Of a stretch of 64,000 nt of DNA, positions 54,433 to 63,766 are shown piece after piece. The stretch is from a virus. A program made the translations under genes and the position numbers. Numbering within the stretch: the stretch's first letter is position 1; every line of letters begins with the position of its first letter. The notes under the pieces are model-generated. The model worked only from the letters and a program-made list of their open reading frames with translations, made no database searches and had not been told where the DNA came from. The stretch lies in the IMG/VR virus record IMGVR_UViG_3300034069_000822. The stretch is one strand, 5' to 3'.

Positions 54433-54782
54433 CCAAGTTCCGCAAAGGTGATCGCGTGTCGATCGAAGGCGTCGTCGCCTCCAACTACGTTCTCGACGGC
54501 GGCACGATCAAAATTACCGTCTCGCCGTATCACGAGATTTTCGTGAAAAAGGTCGACCTCACCATGGTCCGGCCAGCTTTCGAGGTCGACGATCAAGTCA
54601 CTTGGTCAACGCACGATGGCGCGGATTCGTGGACCGGTCGCGTCCTGTCGATTTCCAATGATCACCTCTGGGTCAATCTGGACGACGGCTCGTTCTCAAC
54701 GGTCTGGGTCGGCCATACAATGCGCGTCGACCCCGCGCCCGAACCGGCCGTCGAGCCTGCTCCTGTCGAGGAGGCGGCGTGA
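54429..54782 (+). CDS. Tandem SH3/KOW-like small beta-barrel protein, 117 aa
   Basis: FRKGDRVSI and FEVDDQVTW repeated starts. Confidence 0.65.
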   Translation: MTKFRKGDRVSIEGVVASNYVLDGGTIKITVSPYHEIFVKKVDLTMVRPAFEVDDQVTWSTHDGADSWTGRVLSISNDHLWVNLDDGSFSTVWVGHTMRVDPAPEPAVEPAPVEEAA

Positions 54783-55213
54783 TGGAAGCGCTTGGCTATA
54801 CTGAGGGCGAGATCTGCAACCGAAGCGGTTGTACCGGCACCATCGCCACGCACCCGGCAGAAAACTGCAGCTGCCACATCAACCCGCCATGCTCGGCCTG
54901 CACGTCGCCTCGCAATTTCTGCGCGGCCTGCGACTGGCAGGAAAAAGACGATCCTCTAGTGGTCGAGGAGGTGCACACCTATCACCTCGCCATAAACGGA
55001 GGCTTCTGGGGCGAGACCCGTAAGCGTGTCCTCGATCCGACCAAGATCGACTGGATCGTTCAAAGCCACTCCAACTCTTCACAGAAGTGCATCGGGGTCT
55101 ACCCAGAGGGAACCTCGCGCGCCGAGGTCGATGCGCGTGTCAAAGGCACCTTCGGTGGCCGGTTCGACACCTTCGGGGGCGGGCATTTCCAATACATCGC
55201 CTACACGGACTAG
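54779..55213 (+). CDS. Cys-rich zinc-binding hypothetical protein
   Basis: C.RSGC.G, CSCHINPPCSAC, CAACDW. Confidence 0.75.
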   Translation: MMEALGYTEGEICNRSGCTGTIATHPAENCSCHINPPCSACTSPRNFCAACDWQEKDDPLVVEEVHTYHLAINGGFWGETRKRVLDPTKIDWIVQSHSNSSQKCIGVYPEGTSRAEVDARVKGTFGGRFDTFGGGHFQYIAYTD

Positions 55214-55222
55214 GAGCGCCTG

Positions 55223-55336
55223 ATGTCCTCCCTCGACCACATCACGAACCACCTAGCCCTTCATCCACGTTGGACCTGCGCGCTGCTTTGCGCCGCGATC
55301 CTGCTGGCGGGGCAACTCGACCTGCGACTTCCCTGA
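55223..55336 (+). CDS. 37-aa hydrophobic micro-protein (not in the ORF track)
   Basis: AGGAG upstream; MSSLDHITNHLALHPRWTCALLCAAILLAGQLDLRLP. Confidence 0.5.
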   Translation: MSSLDHITNHLALHPRWTCALLCAAILLAGQLDLRLP

Positions 55337-55360
55337 CCGTCTGACAACGAGGACACCACC

Positions 55361-55984
55361 ATGACCACTTGGCTTACCGATGCACGAGGCAACCGCTGTT
55401 CCGTTGAATACTGGGGCAGCGAGGAAGAAGCGCAGAAGGCGCTCGACAGCCTCAAGAACTGTGACAATTGCACCAACTGCTCGGACTGCTCGGACTGCTC
55501 GCGCTGCTCGGGCTGCTCGGACTGCTCGGACTGCTCGGGCTGCTCGGGCTGCTCGGACTGCTCGCGCTGCTCGGGCTGCTCGGGCTGCTCGGACTGCTCG
55601 GATGTTGCCTATGTCTGGGACAAGAAGGGCCTCAAGGGCGATCCTGACAAAGCGACCGCAACCCTTGGCCAGCCGACAATCCCTGTCATCGCGGATATCC
55701 ATCAGAAAGTATTCGAGGCGGCATCTCAGCCCGGCGCACTCAATATGAACGACTGGCACACCTGCGGCACGACGCATTGCCGCGCTGGTTGGGTCGTGCA
55801 TCTCGCAGGCGAGGCCGGATATGCGCTGGAGCGATTTCACAACACCGCGCTAGCGGCCCAACTGATCTACCGGGAAAGCGGACACCCGATCAATCCAGGC
55901 AAGTTCTACGTCAAGAATGACGAAGCGCTTGCTGACATGAAGCGCCTTGCGGAGGTCGCCCCCGCGACTGGCGGTGGCACATGA
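55361..55984 (+). CDS. Protein with a Cys-x-x tripeptide repeat tract (16 Cys) and C-terminal HTCGTTHCRAGW domain
   Basis: Repeat CS[DGR] x14 preceded by CDN CTN. Confidence 0.8.
   Translation: MTTWLTDARGNRCSVEYWGSEEEAQKALDSLKNCDNCTNCSDCSDCSRCSGCSDCSDCSGCSGCSDCSRCSGCSGCSDCSDVAYVWDKKGLKGDPDKATATLGQPTIPVIADIHQKVFEAASQPGALNMNDWHTCGTTHCRAGWVVHLAGEAGYALERFHNTALAAQLIYRESGHPINPGKFYVKNDEALADMKRLAEVAPATGGGT
55478..55603 (+). repeat. 9-bp tandem repeat x14 (TGCTCG + GAC/GGC/CGC/GAT)
   Basis: Counted directly. Confidence 0.95.
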
Positions 55985-56151
55985 GCTGCCCTGAGAACAC
56001 GGCCCTACAGCGCGCCGTTGAAGCGCTGGGCGATGACCTCGCCGCCGAGCTTCGCCAGTGCGAGGAAATCCTGAAATTCGAAGCCGACGTGGCCAAGCGT
56101 CGCGTGGCCGGCAATCGCTTCATCGAACTCACGAATAGGAGGGCAGCATGA
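55981..56151 (+). CDS. 56-aa hypothetical protein (not in the ORF track)
   Basis: ATGA overlaps at both ends. Confidence 0.6.
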   Translation: MSCPENTALQRAVEALGDDLAAELRQCEEILKFEADVAKRRVAGNRFIELTNRRAA

Positions 56152-57251
56152 ACATGCAGGCAATCGGCGTTTCGGCGCATCTCGCCGTCGCAGAAGTCGC
56201 GCCTCTCATTGCTGACGGCATTCATTTCGGCCTTGCGGAAGCCTTTTACCATGCTGACTCGGCGCTCGGTTCGACCGGGTTGAAGGATCTGATCGACAAC
56301 GCACCGGACTACTGGTGGTCGAGTTGGATGAACCCGGCGAGGGAGCCCGAGAAAGAAACGCCAGCCAAGGTTTTCGGTCGCGCTGTTCATAAGTGCGTCC
56401 TCGAAGGGCGAGACGCATTCGAGGCGGCTTACGCTCCATCTCCTGAGCCCGATGACTATCCCGAACATCTGCGAACGATGGATGATCTTCGCGCGTTCTT
56501 AGCCGATACCGGCATGTCGAAATCGGGCACCAAGGATGAGCTGATCCTTCGCGTCAAGGGCGTTTCAGGTTGCCCACCGATCTACGAGGATGTGGTCTCC
56601 GCTTTTGAAAAGTCCAAAAAGCTTCCTCTCAAGCGTGACGAGTTCAACCGCATATTGGCGGCATCGGCGTTCATTCGTGCCAATTCATATCTGCGTGACG
56701 CCTTCACCGGTGGGCAGGCCGAAGTGTCAGTCTTCTGGACCGCTGACGGCATTCGATACAAGGCACGGTTCGACTATCTCAAGATGCGGGCGATCGCGGA
56801 CCTTAAGTCGATCCGCAACCCATTGAACAAGTCCTTTGTGCAGGCTTGTCGCGAGCGTATCGCCAGCCTCGATTACGTGATTTCGGCAGCGCATTACATG
56901 GACGCGCGTCGACGGATGGCAGGATTTGTGAAGGCCGGTCTGGTCTATGGCGCGCCCGATACCGAACAGTTTCGCTCGTGGCTGATCCAAGTCTCCGGCA
57001 TCACCGAGTTCGCGTTCGTGTTTGTGTTCTGGCAGGCCGAAGGCGCGCCGATTTCCCACGGCTTCAAGATTTCCCCCGGTAACCCGCTTCTCGACAGCGC
57101 AAAGCACAGCATCGCCAAGGCCGTCTGGAACTACCAGCGCTTCATGGAGGAGTTCGGCACGTCTGCAGCTTGGGTGCCATCAACTCCCCTCGACGAACTC
57201 GACGAAACCGATCTGCCCGTCTGGTGGCAGCAGAAGCAATTGAAGGGCTGA
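56148..57251 (+). CDS. RecE/exonuclease VIII-like PD-(D/E)xK nuclease (DUF3799-like)
   Basis: YH...LGSTGLK.L, G.A.H..VLEG, AEVS.FW, KAR.DYL...I.DLKS. Confidence 0.88.
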   Translation: MNMQAIGVSAHLAVAEVAPLIADGIHFGLAEAFYHADSALGSTGLKDLIDNAPDYWWSSWMNPAREPEKETPAKVFGRAVHKCVLEGRDAFEAAYAPSPEPDDYPEHLRTMDDLRAFLADTGMSKSGTKDELILRVKGVSGCPPIYEDVVSAFEKSKKLPLKRDEFNRILAASAFIRANSYLRDAFTGGQAEVSVFWTADGIRYKARFDYLKMRAIADLKSIRNPLNKSFVQACRERIASLDYVISAAHYMDARRRMAGFVKAGLVYGAPDTEQFRSWLIQVSGITEFAFVFVFWQAEGAPISHGFKISPGNPLLDSAKHSIAKAVWNYQRFMEEFGTSAAWVPSTPLDELDETDLPVWWQQKQLKG

Positions 57252-57255
57252 TCCG

Positions 57256-58602
57256 ATGGAAGAGATTATCACCCAAGACGGCGAAGTGCTGGAGACTATG
57301 GCGCTTGTCCCGTCGTCGAGCATGGCTGTTCAGCTCCAGAAGGCCGAGATCGACCAGCTTGTGTCGACTGCCCGCGCCTTCCCGCGTTCGCTGAAGCACG
57401 TCCAGACGCGCATCATGAGCATGGCGACCCTGGACGAAGAAAGTGCCGAAGAGTGCATCTATGCCCTGCCTCGTGGCGGCAAGCCCATTCGCGGTCCTTC
57501 CATTCGGTTCGCCGAAATCCTGAAACAGTCCTACGGCAACTGCCAAGCGGCGGCTCGTGTCGTGCATGTCGACAAAGTGGACAAGTACGTCGAGGCGGAA
57601 GGAGTGTTCATCGACCTCGAGACCAACTCGAAGTCGACAGCGCGCGTTCGCCGTCGGATCAGCGGCAAAAATGGAGCCGTCTACAACGACGACATGATCA
57701 TCGTGACGGGCAACGCTGCCTGTTCGATTGCCATGCGCAATGCGATCCTGGCTGGGGTGCCTAAGCCTCTATGGCGCCGCGCCTATGATTTGGTGCAGGC
57801 AACCATCACCGGCGACATCACTACCCTTACCGAGAACCGGGAAAAGGCATTCAAAGCGCTGGCAGCGTTCGGCGTGAAGCCCGATCAGGTTTTCGTCGCT
57901 CTTGGCGTTGAAGGCGTCGAGGACATCAGCGTCGACCATATCGCAACGCTGCGCGGCATGTATTCCGCGTTGAAAAATGGCGAGGCGACAGTCGAAGAAA
58001 TGTTCGTCGGCACGGTCAGGGCTGTGTCCGATCATCAGAAGGTCGACAACCCGCTTTCGGACGAGCCAGCCTCACAGGGCGCGACGGCAGGCGCAGGCAC
58101 GGAACAGAGTGCCGAGACGACGAACACTACTGGCGAGCCTGCCAGCCTCCAAGCCGAAGACAATTCCCAATCGTCGGACAATCCCCCCTCTCCGTCCGAC
58201 GATGGCAGCGGCGGCGTCTCCTCATCCGCCGTCGCTGCCGACCTTCCCGCAACATCGGAAGATCAGAACCCCGATGAAGCGGCCTCGGAGGCCGGAGACA
58301 TTGAAGCGGCTGATGGTCAGTCCGCGTCTCCGGCTTCCGAACAATCCAGCGGCCAGCAGCTCCTGATCCGCGTCTACCAGACCATGCAAGATTGCGTCGG
58401 CCCGTCAGTCGAGGACTTCAACCAGGCGTTCAAGATATTCGACGCCGATCTGGCGGGCGCGTCCGACGACATCAAGCGCAAGGCCGAGAACATCCGAGCC
58501 TCACTCGAATTCTGCTGCGGCGAGAAGCCCATGCGGACCAAGCTGCAGGCGCGCGCGTATCTCGCCGGCATCATCGGGGTTGAAGAGCGGGAGTTGGACT
58601 GA
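57256..58602 (+). CDS. Putative single-strand annealing/recombination partner with an acidic disordered C-terminus
   Basis: Directly after the RecE-like gene; YALPRGGK.I.GPSIRFAE...YGN. Confidence 0.55.
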   Translation: MEEIITQDGEVLETMALVPSSSMAVQLQKAEIDQLVSTARAFPRSLKHVQTRIMSMATLDEESAEECIYALPRGGKPIRGPSIRFAEILKQSYGNCQAAARVVHVDKVDKYVEAEGVFIDLETNSKSTARVRRRISGKNGAVYNDDMIIVTGNAACSIAMRNAILAGVPKPLWRRAYDLVQATITGDITTLTENREKAFKALAAFGVKPDQVFVALGVEGVEDISVDHIATLRGMYSALKNGEATVEEMFVGTVRAVSDHQKVDNPLSDEPASQGATAGAGTEQSAETTNTTGEPASLQAEDNSQSSDNPPSPSDDGSGGVSSSAVAADLPATSEDQNPDEAASEAGDIEAADGQSASPASEQSSGQQLLIRVYQTMQDCVGPSVEDFNQAFKIFDADLAGASDDIKRKAENIRASLEFCCGEKPMRTKLQARAYLAGIIGVEERELD

Positions 58603-59291
58603 TGACCGACCGCCCTATCCTTTTCAGCGGCCCGATGGTTCGTGCTCTACTCGCCGGTCGAAAGACGCAAACGCGGCGCGTCTTGAGCAACGAAAGGTTT
58701 GCCAGTCTCTTCAATGGCACTTGGGCCAATGAATACGTGCTCGACCCCGGCAACCAGTCATGGCGAGATTCTGAAATCCGCTATTCTGCTGGTGACCGAT
58801 TGTGGGTGCGCGAATCCTTGTCGGTTGCAAGCAATGACCAAGGCGTTCGATGGCTCTCATATGCAGCCGACGGCAAAGACGTCTGGCCAACAACCCAGTG
58901 GCACAAGGAGCGCAACAGCGTCCCGTCTATCCACATGCCGCGCTGGGCATCGCGCCTCACCCTGCCGGTCGTCGACGTCAGGGTCCAGCGACTGCAAGAC
59001 ATTAGCGAGGAAGACGCACTCGCTGAAGGCGTTCCCACCGAGATGGAAGGCAACATCGGGGATGAAATCTACTGTTCCCTGTGTGAAGGCAACGGCGTTC
59101 ACGCCGCGTTTGGCGCCGGCTATGGCGTCACCGAGGTCGATTGCGCCGAATGTGCCACCGCAGTTCAGCGGTTCCGCAATCTATGGAACGGCATCAATGC
59201 CGCTCGCGGCTACGGTTGGGACGCCAATCCCTGGGTGACAGCCGTCACGGTAACGGTCGAGCACCGCAACATCGATCAGGTGGCGCCATGA
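58602..59291 (+). CDS. Conserved phage protein (ASCH/PUA-like)
   Basis: RPILFSGPMVRALL.G.KTQTRR, PSIHMPRWASRLTL, W..NPWV. Confidence 0.8.
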   Translation: MTDRPILFSGPMVRALLAGRKTQTRRVLSNERFASLFNGTWANEYVLDPGNQSWRDSEIRYSAGDRLWVRESLSVASNDQGVRWLSYAADGKDVWPTTQWHKERNSVPSIHMPRWASRLTLPVVDVRVQRLQDISEEDALAEGVPTEMEGNIGDEIYCSLCEGNGVHAAFGAGYGVTEVDCAECATAVQRFRNLWNGINAARGYGWDANPWVTAVTVTVEHRNIDQVAP

Positions 59292-59698
59292 GCAGGCCCG
59301 TCCCCGAATGGATCGGCAAGCACCACGGCGTGAACATCCCGCCGCGTGTCCGCCAGCGCGTCTACGACCGCGACAACGGCGTCTGCCACTTGTGCAAGAT
59401 GGCGATCAAGTCGGGCGAGACCTGGCACGCGGATCACGTCATCGCGTTGATCAACGGCGGAGAGCATCGCGAGACGAACCTCGCCCCGGCTCATGGCCAT
59501 TGCCATGTCGGCAAATCAGCTCGAGACGTGAAGGAAAAGGCCAAGGTCGCCAAGATTCGCGGCAAACACATCGGCTCTATCCGACCGAAGCAGTCGATCA
59601 AGTCTGCCGGCTTTCCAGCATCCCCGAAATCCCCGCGCATCGACAAGGCTGCATTGCCGCCCTTGCCCTTGCCGCCATTGATGAGGCTCGCACGATAA
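59288..59698 (+). CDS. HNH endonuclease, 136 aa
   Basis: CHLC...DHVIALINGGEH...NL.PAH..CH..K. Confidence 0.88.
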   Translation: MSRPVPEWIGKHHGVNIPPRVRQRVYDRDNGVCHLCKMAIKSGETWHADHVIALINGGEHRETNLAPAHGHCHVGKSARDVKEKAKVAKIRGKHIGSIRPKQSIKSAGFPASPKSPRIDKAALPPLPLPPLMRLAR

Positions 59699-59892
59699 TG
59701 GACGCCATCTACAAAATCATGACGGAAGCAAACCGCCTCCGCAGCGCTGCTGCGACTGATCGGTTCAGTGCCGATGAACTTCGTAAATTCATGAATGAGG
59801 TCGCGGACCGCCTCATCGATCAAGCTCAGTTCGTCGCTCCAAAGTGGGGCGAACTCACCGGACTTATCCGAGATCTGGAAAAGGGCCGCTGA
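59698..59892 (+). CDS. Hypothetical protein, 64 aa
   Basis: TAATG coupling. Confidence 0.6.
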   Translation: MDAIYKIMTEANRLRSAAATDRFSADELRKFMNEVADRLIDQAQFVAPKWGELTGLIRDLEKGR

Positions 59893-59893
59893 T

Positions 59894-60580
59894 ATGACAC
59901 CCGAAACCTGCCAATCCCCTGACACGATTAGCCCCATAGCGAGAACGGATCGTGATGAGACAGCGAACGTCGCGCTGGCCAACGCGTTTGCGATTTTCAG
60001 CATCGAGGAAGACGAGAACTACATCCGTCTCTCCACATTCGGCCAACAGGTCGCATGCTGGCCGGCCAACTCGCCGCAGGGCAACGCGCTGCTGAAACTG
60101 GAGGCCGAGCGCCGTGCCGCTCCCACCCTCCCGGCAGACGTAAAGGGGCTGGTGGACGAATGGCGCAAGGCCATGGAAGACGTGACGCCTGGGCCTTGGC
60201 ATACCGAGCGAATGGAAACGTCTAGGACCGTACAGCGTCTGTACGTTGCTGGCCCGAGCGAGATCGTCCATCCTCATGATGGCGTTTGCGAGCCTGATAG
60301 ACACAACGATCGGTCCTTCAAGGAAGATGACGCGAATATGCGCTTCATCGCCCGCTGTTCCCCTGACAACATCACCATCTTGCTCGAAGCCCTCACCGCC
60401 CAATCCGCCCTGCTCGAAAGGGCGAGGGAGATAGGAGACGTGACGGATTTGATCCGGGCGCTTGAAGACCTCCGCTTGGATAACGAAACAAGCCTGTTCG
60501 CCAGCGAGATCGAGACAATCAAAAAGGCTGAGGCCGCCTTGGTCGCCGCTTCCCGGTTCCTCGCAGATATGGAGGGGTGA
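59894..60580 (+). CDS. Ead/Ea22-like hypothetical protein, 228 aa
   Basis: VTPGPW...DANMRFIA.CSP..I..LL. Confidence 0.65.
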   Translation: MTPETCQSPDTISPIARTDRDETANVALANAFAIFSIEEDENYIRLSTFGQQVACWPANSPQGNALLKLEAERRAAPTLPADVKGLVDEWRKAMEDVTPGPWHTERMETSRTVQRLYVAGPSEIVHPHDGVCEPDRHNDRSFKEDDANMRFIARCSPDNITILLEALTAQSALLERAREIGDVTDLIRALEDLRLDNETSLFASEIETIKKAEAALVAASRFLADMEG

Positions 60581-60584
60581 GCAG

Positions 60585-60938
60585 ATGGCGAAGCACACAC
60601 CCGGACCGTGGCAATGCTACGCCGATCTGCCGAGTACCGAACCGAATTGGCATATCGTAACCAACGCCAGTCGCATGCGTGTGCTTGCAAACGTCCATAT
60701 CGAGACAGGCAACGATACCGACGAAGCGAACGCTCGCTTGATCACCGTCGTGCCAGAGCTTTTCGAGGAATTGAAACGGCTTCGCCTCGCCTACGTGAAC
60801 CTGCTCGAAATCGGGCGGGATCGCATCCTTGCGTTTGGCGGCTCATGCGATCCCGTTGATGTCATGGAAGCCTCTGACCCAGCCTTGCGCGCGGTGGACA
60901 TCATTATCGCCAAAGCGGAGGACCTTCCCCATGCATAA
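60585..60938 (+). CDS. HTPGPW-family phage protein, 117 aa
   Basis: KHTPGPW...EANARLI..PEL. Confidence 0.7.
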   Translation: MAKHTPGPWQCYADLPSTEPNWHIVTNASRMRVLANVHIETGNDTDEANARLITVVPELFEELKRLRLAYVNLLEIGRDRILAFGGSCDPVDVMEASDPALRAVDIIIAKAEDLPHA

Positions 60939-61740
60939 CACAGCACCGCGCGTGAAGGCGCTGATAGATGAAGGCCCGGATTTCGGCGCCTCTACCCGCG
61001 AGCCATCGTTGCGAGCCGTCCTGCGAGCCCATTACACGCCGTGGTTCGGGCGCGACGAAGCCGATGGATTGGCGGACCGCTATGTCGATGCCGTCATCGC
61101 CGCTCTTGAGCCGCAGGAGGCCGAGCCGGTGGGCGATGAACAAGCGATCATTGAAGCGGCTGCAATTCAGGCCCTGGAATGGGAACACCTAAAGACGACC
61201 ATCAGCAATGCCAAGGCAGGTACTGCTGGCCCTATCACGGGACATGAGTGGAAAGTCGCCACAACGGCGGCCCGGATCGCACTCTCTCACGCCGCATGCC
61301 TCAAACGATCTTCGGCCGTCCCCGCCTCAGAGAAGGCGGTGGACGCGGCAGTAGTTGAAGCTCTCGGCTGGCAGGACTTGCCAAACACGGTTGCCCTCGC
61401 TCGAACCGGGCAAGCTGGCCCGCGAACCAATCAGCGCTGGCTCGACGCTACTAACGCGGCCCGTATCGCCCTCTCCCATCCAGTGCAGGGCTGGCAGGAA
61501 TGCGCCACCGAGGGCTGTTGCAGCCCCGCAACCGTGCACTTCGAACGAGGAGGCATCGGCTCCCACTACTGCCATTCCTGCTACATGCGCGTTCAGGCTC
61601 TCCCCGCCGGCCCTGCCGCCAAGGAGACGGCGCAAAATCCGGAAGGGTCACTCTGCTCAGATTGCCCACCGAAGGATTATCCGACCGACAAAACGCGATG
61701 CGATCCGTGTCCACGGCGTCCCGCCAAGGAGGGCCAGTAA
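60931..61740 (+). CDS. Hypothetical protein with an internal duplication and C-terminal Cys clusters, 269 aa
   Basis: Two AL.W..L...A..G.AGP.T...W..AT.AARIALSH units. Confidence 0.7.
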   Translation: MHNTAPRVKALIDEGPDFGASTREPSLRAVLRAHYTPWFGRDEADGLADRYVDAVIAALEPQEAEPVGDEQAIIEAAAIQALEWEHLKTTISNAKAGTAGPITGHEWKVATTAARIALSHAACLKRSSAVPASEKAVDAAVVEALGWQDLPNTVALARTGQAGPRTNQRWLDATNAARIALSHPVQGWQECATEGCCSPATVHFERGGIGSHYCHSCYMRVQALPAGPAAKETAQNPEGSLCSDCPPKDYPTDKTRCDPCPRRPAKEGQ

Positions 61741-61741
61741 C

Positions 61742-62194
61742 ATGGGCATCACCTACGGCGATCATCTCATCGACAGCGGCTATTACGATATCACGCCCGA
61801 GCAAGAGCGTGAAATTGAAGCCCGCGAGGAATGCGCCCGTCGCGACATCGATCCTGATGAGATTTGCGCGGACGGCGGTGTGACGGCTTGGATGGTCGTG
61901 GACCGCGAGCGCATAGCTGACGTTCTGGACCCAGAGGTTGGATTCCCATCCGACGATCTGCTGCGCTGCATCCATGCGGACATTGAAATTCGTGGTCGGA
62001 AGAACCCGACATTCGCAGTCAGTGTTCATCATCGCAACATCGTCCTATCGGCAGTCGCAAATGCGCTTCGAAGCTCTCACCTCTTAACGTGGGGCGAGTG
62101 GCTGGAGCATTGCGACTGTCGCCACCACGGCGACTGTGACGGCTCCTGCACGCATCCCGAGCCAGCCGCCAAGGAGAATGCGCGCCATGGCTAG
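61742..62194 (+). CDS. Hypothetical protein, 150 aa
   Basis: GGAGG upstream. Confidence 0.65.
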   Translation: MGITYGDHLIDSGYYDITPEQEREIEAREECARRDIDPDEICADGGVTAWMVVDRERIADVLDPEVGFPSDDLLRCIHADIEIRGRKNPTFAVSVHHRNIVLSAVANALRSSHLLTWGEWLEHCDCRHHGDCDGSCTHPEPAAKENARHG

Positions 62195-62351
62195 GCAGGC
62201 CGAAGACCGCACCCAGGCTGAAGCGCTGCGTATTGCTGAGGCTCACCTAAAGTCCAAAGGATGGAAGTTCTCGCCGTCTGATGTCGGGACCACAGCGGCA
62301 GAGATTGTGACTGCCATGCGCGCCGCTTTAGCGAAAGAGGTGCAGGCATGA
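62187..62351 (+). CDS. Hypothetical protein, 54 aa
   Basis: AAGGAG upstream, coupled stop. Confidence 0.55.
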   Translation: MARQAEDRTQAEALRIAEAHLKSKGWKFSPSDVGTTAAEIVTAMRAALAKEVQA

Positions 62352-62545
62352 GCGCGACCGAGCCAAGCGAGCACCAGATCACCGAGGAAGATATCGCGGC
62401 TATCTGGGGGACTTTTGCCAAGTGCTATTTGGCCGAATTGCTCAACGGAAAGTACTCCGTGGAAGAAGTTCGCGGCGATGCGCTCAGCCTGATCGGCAGC
62501 AAATTTGACCCTCGCCAAGTCCTCGCCAAGGAGGCGCAGCCATGA
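62348..62545 (+). CDS. Hypothetical protein, 65 aa
   Basis: ATGA coupling. Confidence 0.6.
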   Translation: MSATEPSEHQITEEDIAAIWGTFAKCYLAELLNGKYSVEEVRGDALSLIGSKFDPRQVLAKEAQP

Positions 62546-63090
62546 GCATCACAACAGCAATTGAGCCTAAGTGCGGAAAGTGCGGTCAGCCCTTGGGTTC
62601 GTCATTCCTATACAATGGCCGGGCCGGATTTCATCACGAGTGTTTCCCGGTCTCACCGGCACAAAAACAGATAGCCGACCTCCAGCGCCAGCTATCCGAA
62701 GCCGTACAGGGACGGGATGAGATGGAGCGCGAACTGGCCATTGAGAAAACTCGTAGCCATGGCGACTGGTCAAACCAGCGCGAGAACGACGCCCTGACCA
62801 TCCGCTTCTACGAAATGAAGGAGCGAGCCGAGAAAGCAGAGCGGGAGCGGGATGCGGCACAAGCCAACGCTTTTGACGCGGCAGTGGCCCACGGCAACGC
62901 AAGACGGCACGCGGATGCCGCCGAAGCCGAGGTAGCGCGTTTGGTTCGGGCCGGGGCGGGAATGGCCAACCTTCTCTACAACGTGGCACTGACGTCTTTC
63001 GGAACGCCAGAGCTACGCACCAGCATGAAACAGGCTCAAACAGCCTGGGATGGTGCCCGCACCGCCCTTCAGCAGGGAGAGCCGAAATGA
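62542..63090 (+). CDS. Zinc-finger plus coiled-coil protein, 182 aa
   Basis: CGKC...HHEC; heptad repeats. Confidence 0.7.
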   Translation: MSITTAIEPKCGKCGQPLGSSFLYNGRAGFHHECFPVSPAQKQIADLQRQLSEAVQGRDEMERELAIEKTRSHGDWSNQRENDALTIRFYEMKERAEKAERERDAAQANAFDAAVAHGNARRHADAAEAEVARLVRAGAGMANLLYNVALTSFGTPELRTSMKQAQTAWDGARTALQQGEPK

Positions 63091-63299
63091 GCGCGACCAC
63101 GCTTCCGACTTTTGGCGACATCCGTCTTTCATGCAGCGAAATCATGCCAGACGACTGCATGGCGTTGATGCGCAACGGCAAAATCGTGTGGGTAGGCAAG
63201 TTCGGCTCACCGATCGAGGACGCCGACTTCGACGGTGTGATGCTCGCTCCGAGCAAATACGCCCTGTTCCGCGCCCTTACAGGAGGCGGGGATGACTGA
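63087..63299 (+). CDS. Hypothetical protein, 70 aa
   Basis: ATGA coupling. Confidence 0.6.
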   Translation: MSATTLPTFGDIRLSCSEIMPDDCMALMRNGKIVWVGKFGSPIEDADFDGVMLAPSKYALFRALTGGGDD

Positions 63300-63537
63300 C
63301 CTTTCAAAACTCATCAATCGTGCAGGCTCGATCCATGAAACCATTGCCGAAAGCGTGCCGCAGATTAGGCGCGGCATCGTCTGGTGCACTATTTGCGGCA
63401 GATCGCAGAAGGTAGATGGCGCCGAGTGTATGCGTTCCGGGTGGCCGGTTTGCCACGGCTACACCATGACCATCGACAGCCCCGACGAACGCGCCACGCT
63501 CAAAGCCCTCCAGACAAAGGAGGCGGGTCGTGGTTGA
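63292..63537 (+). CDS. Zinc-ribbon protein, 81 aa
   Basis: CTICG...C.RSGWP.CHG.TM. Confidence 0.7.
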   Translation: MTDLSKLINRAGSIHETIAESVPQIRRGIVWCTICGRSQKVDGAECMRSGWPVCHGYTMTIDSPDERATLKALQTKEAGRG

Positions 63538-63766
63538 ACGCGAACTCAGGACCAGCGAGTTGGCGAAACTGTTGGGAGTAGACCCGAGCCTGATTCGAAA
63601 ATGGAAGGCTCGCGGGCTGTTGAAACTTGCCCCTGGAGGTGTGGCGGGACAAGGGCGTTCAGTCGAATGCTACTGGAGCAACGCGGCGGTCGAAGAAGCC
63701 AGGCAGTTGAAAGCGTCTCTGCGTAAAACTCGTCCGCGCCGACCCCTCCCCGGAGGTGGCAAATGA
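63530..63766 (+). CDS. MerR/Xis-like HTH protein
   Basis: LRTSELAKLLGVDPSLIRKWKARGLL. Confidence 0.75.
   Translation: MVERELRTSELAKLLGVDPSLIRKWKARGLLKLAPGGVAGQGRSVECYWSNAAVEEARQLKASLRKTRPRRPLPGGGK

Noticed and set aside
55478-55603. CRISPR array or independent DNA repeat; antisense ORF 55253-55840 (RAVRAA repeats)
   Set aside because: Contiguous in-frame 9-bp units with no spacers; the antisense ORF is a shadow of the repeat
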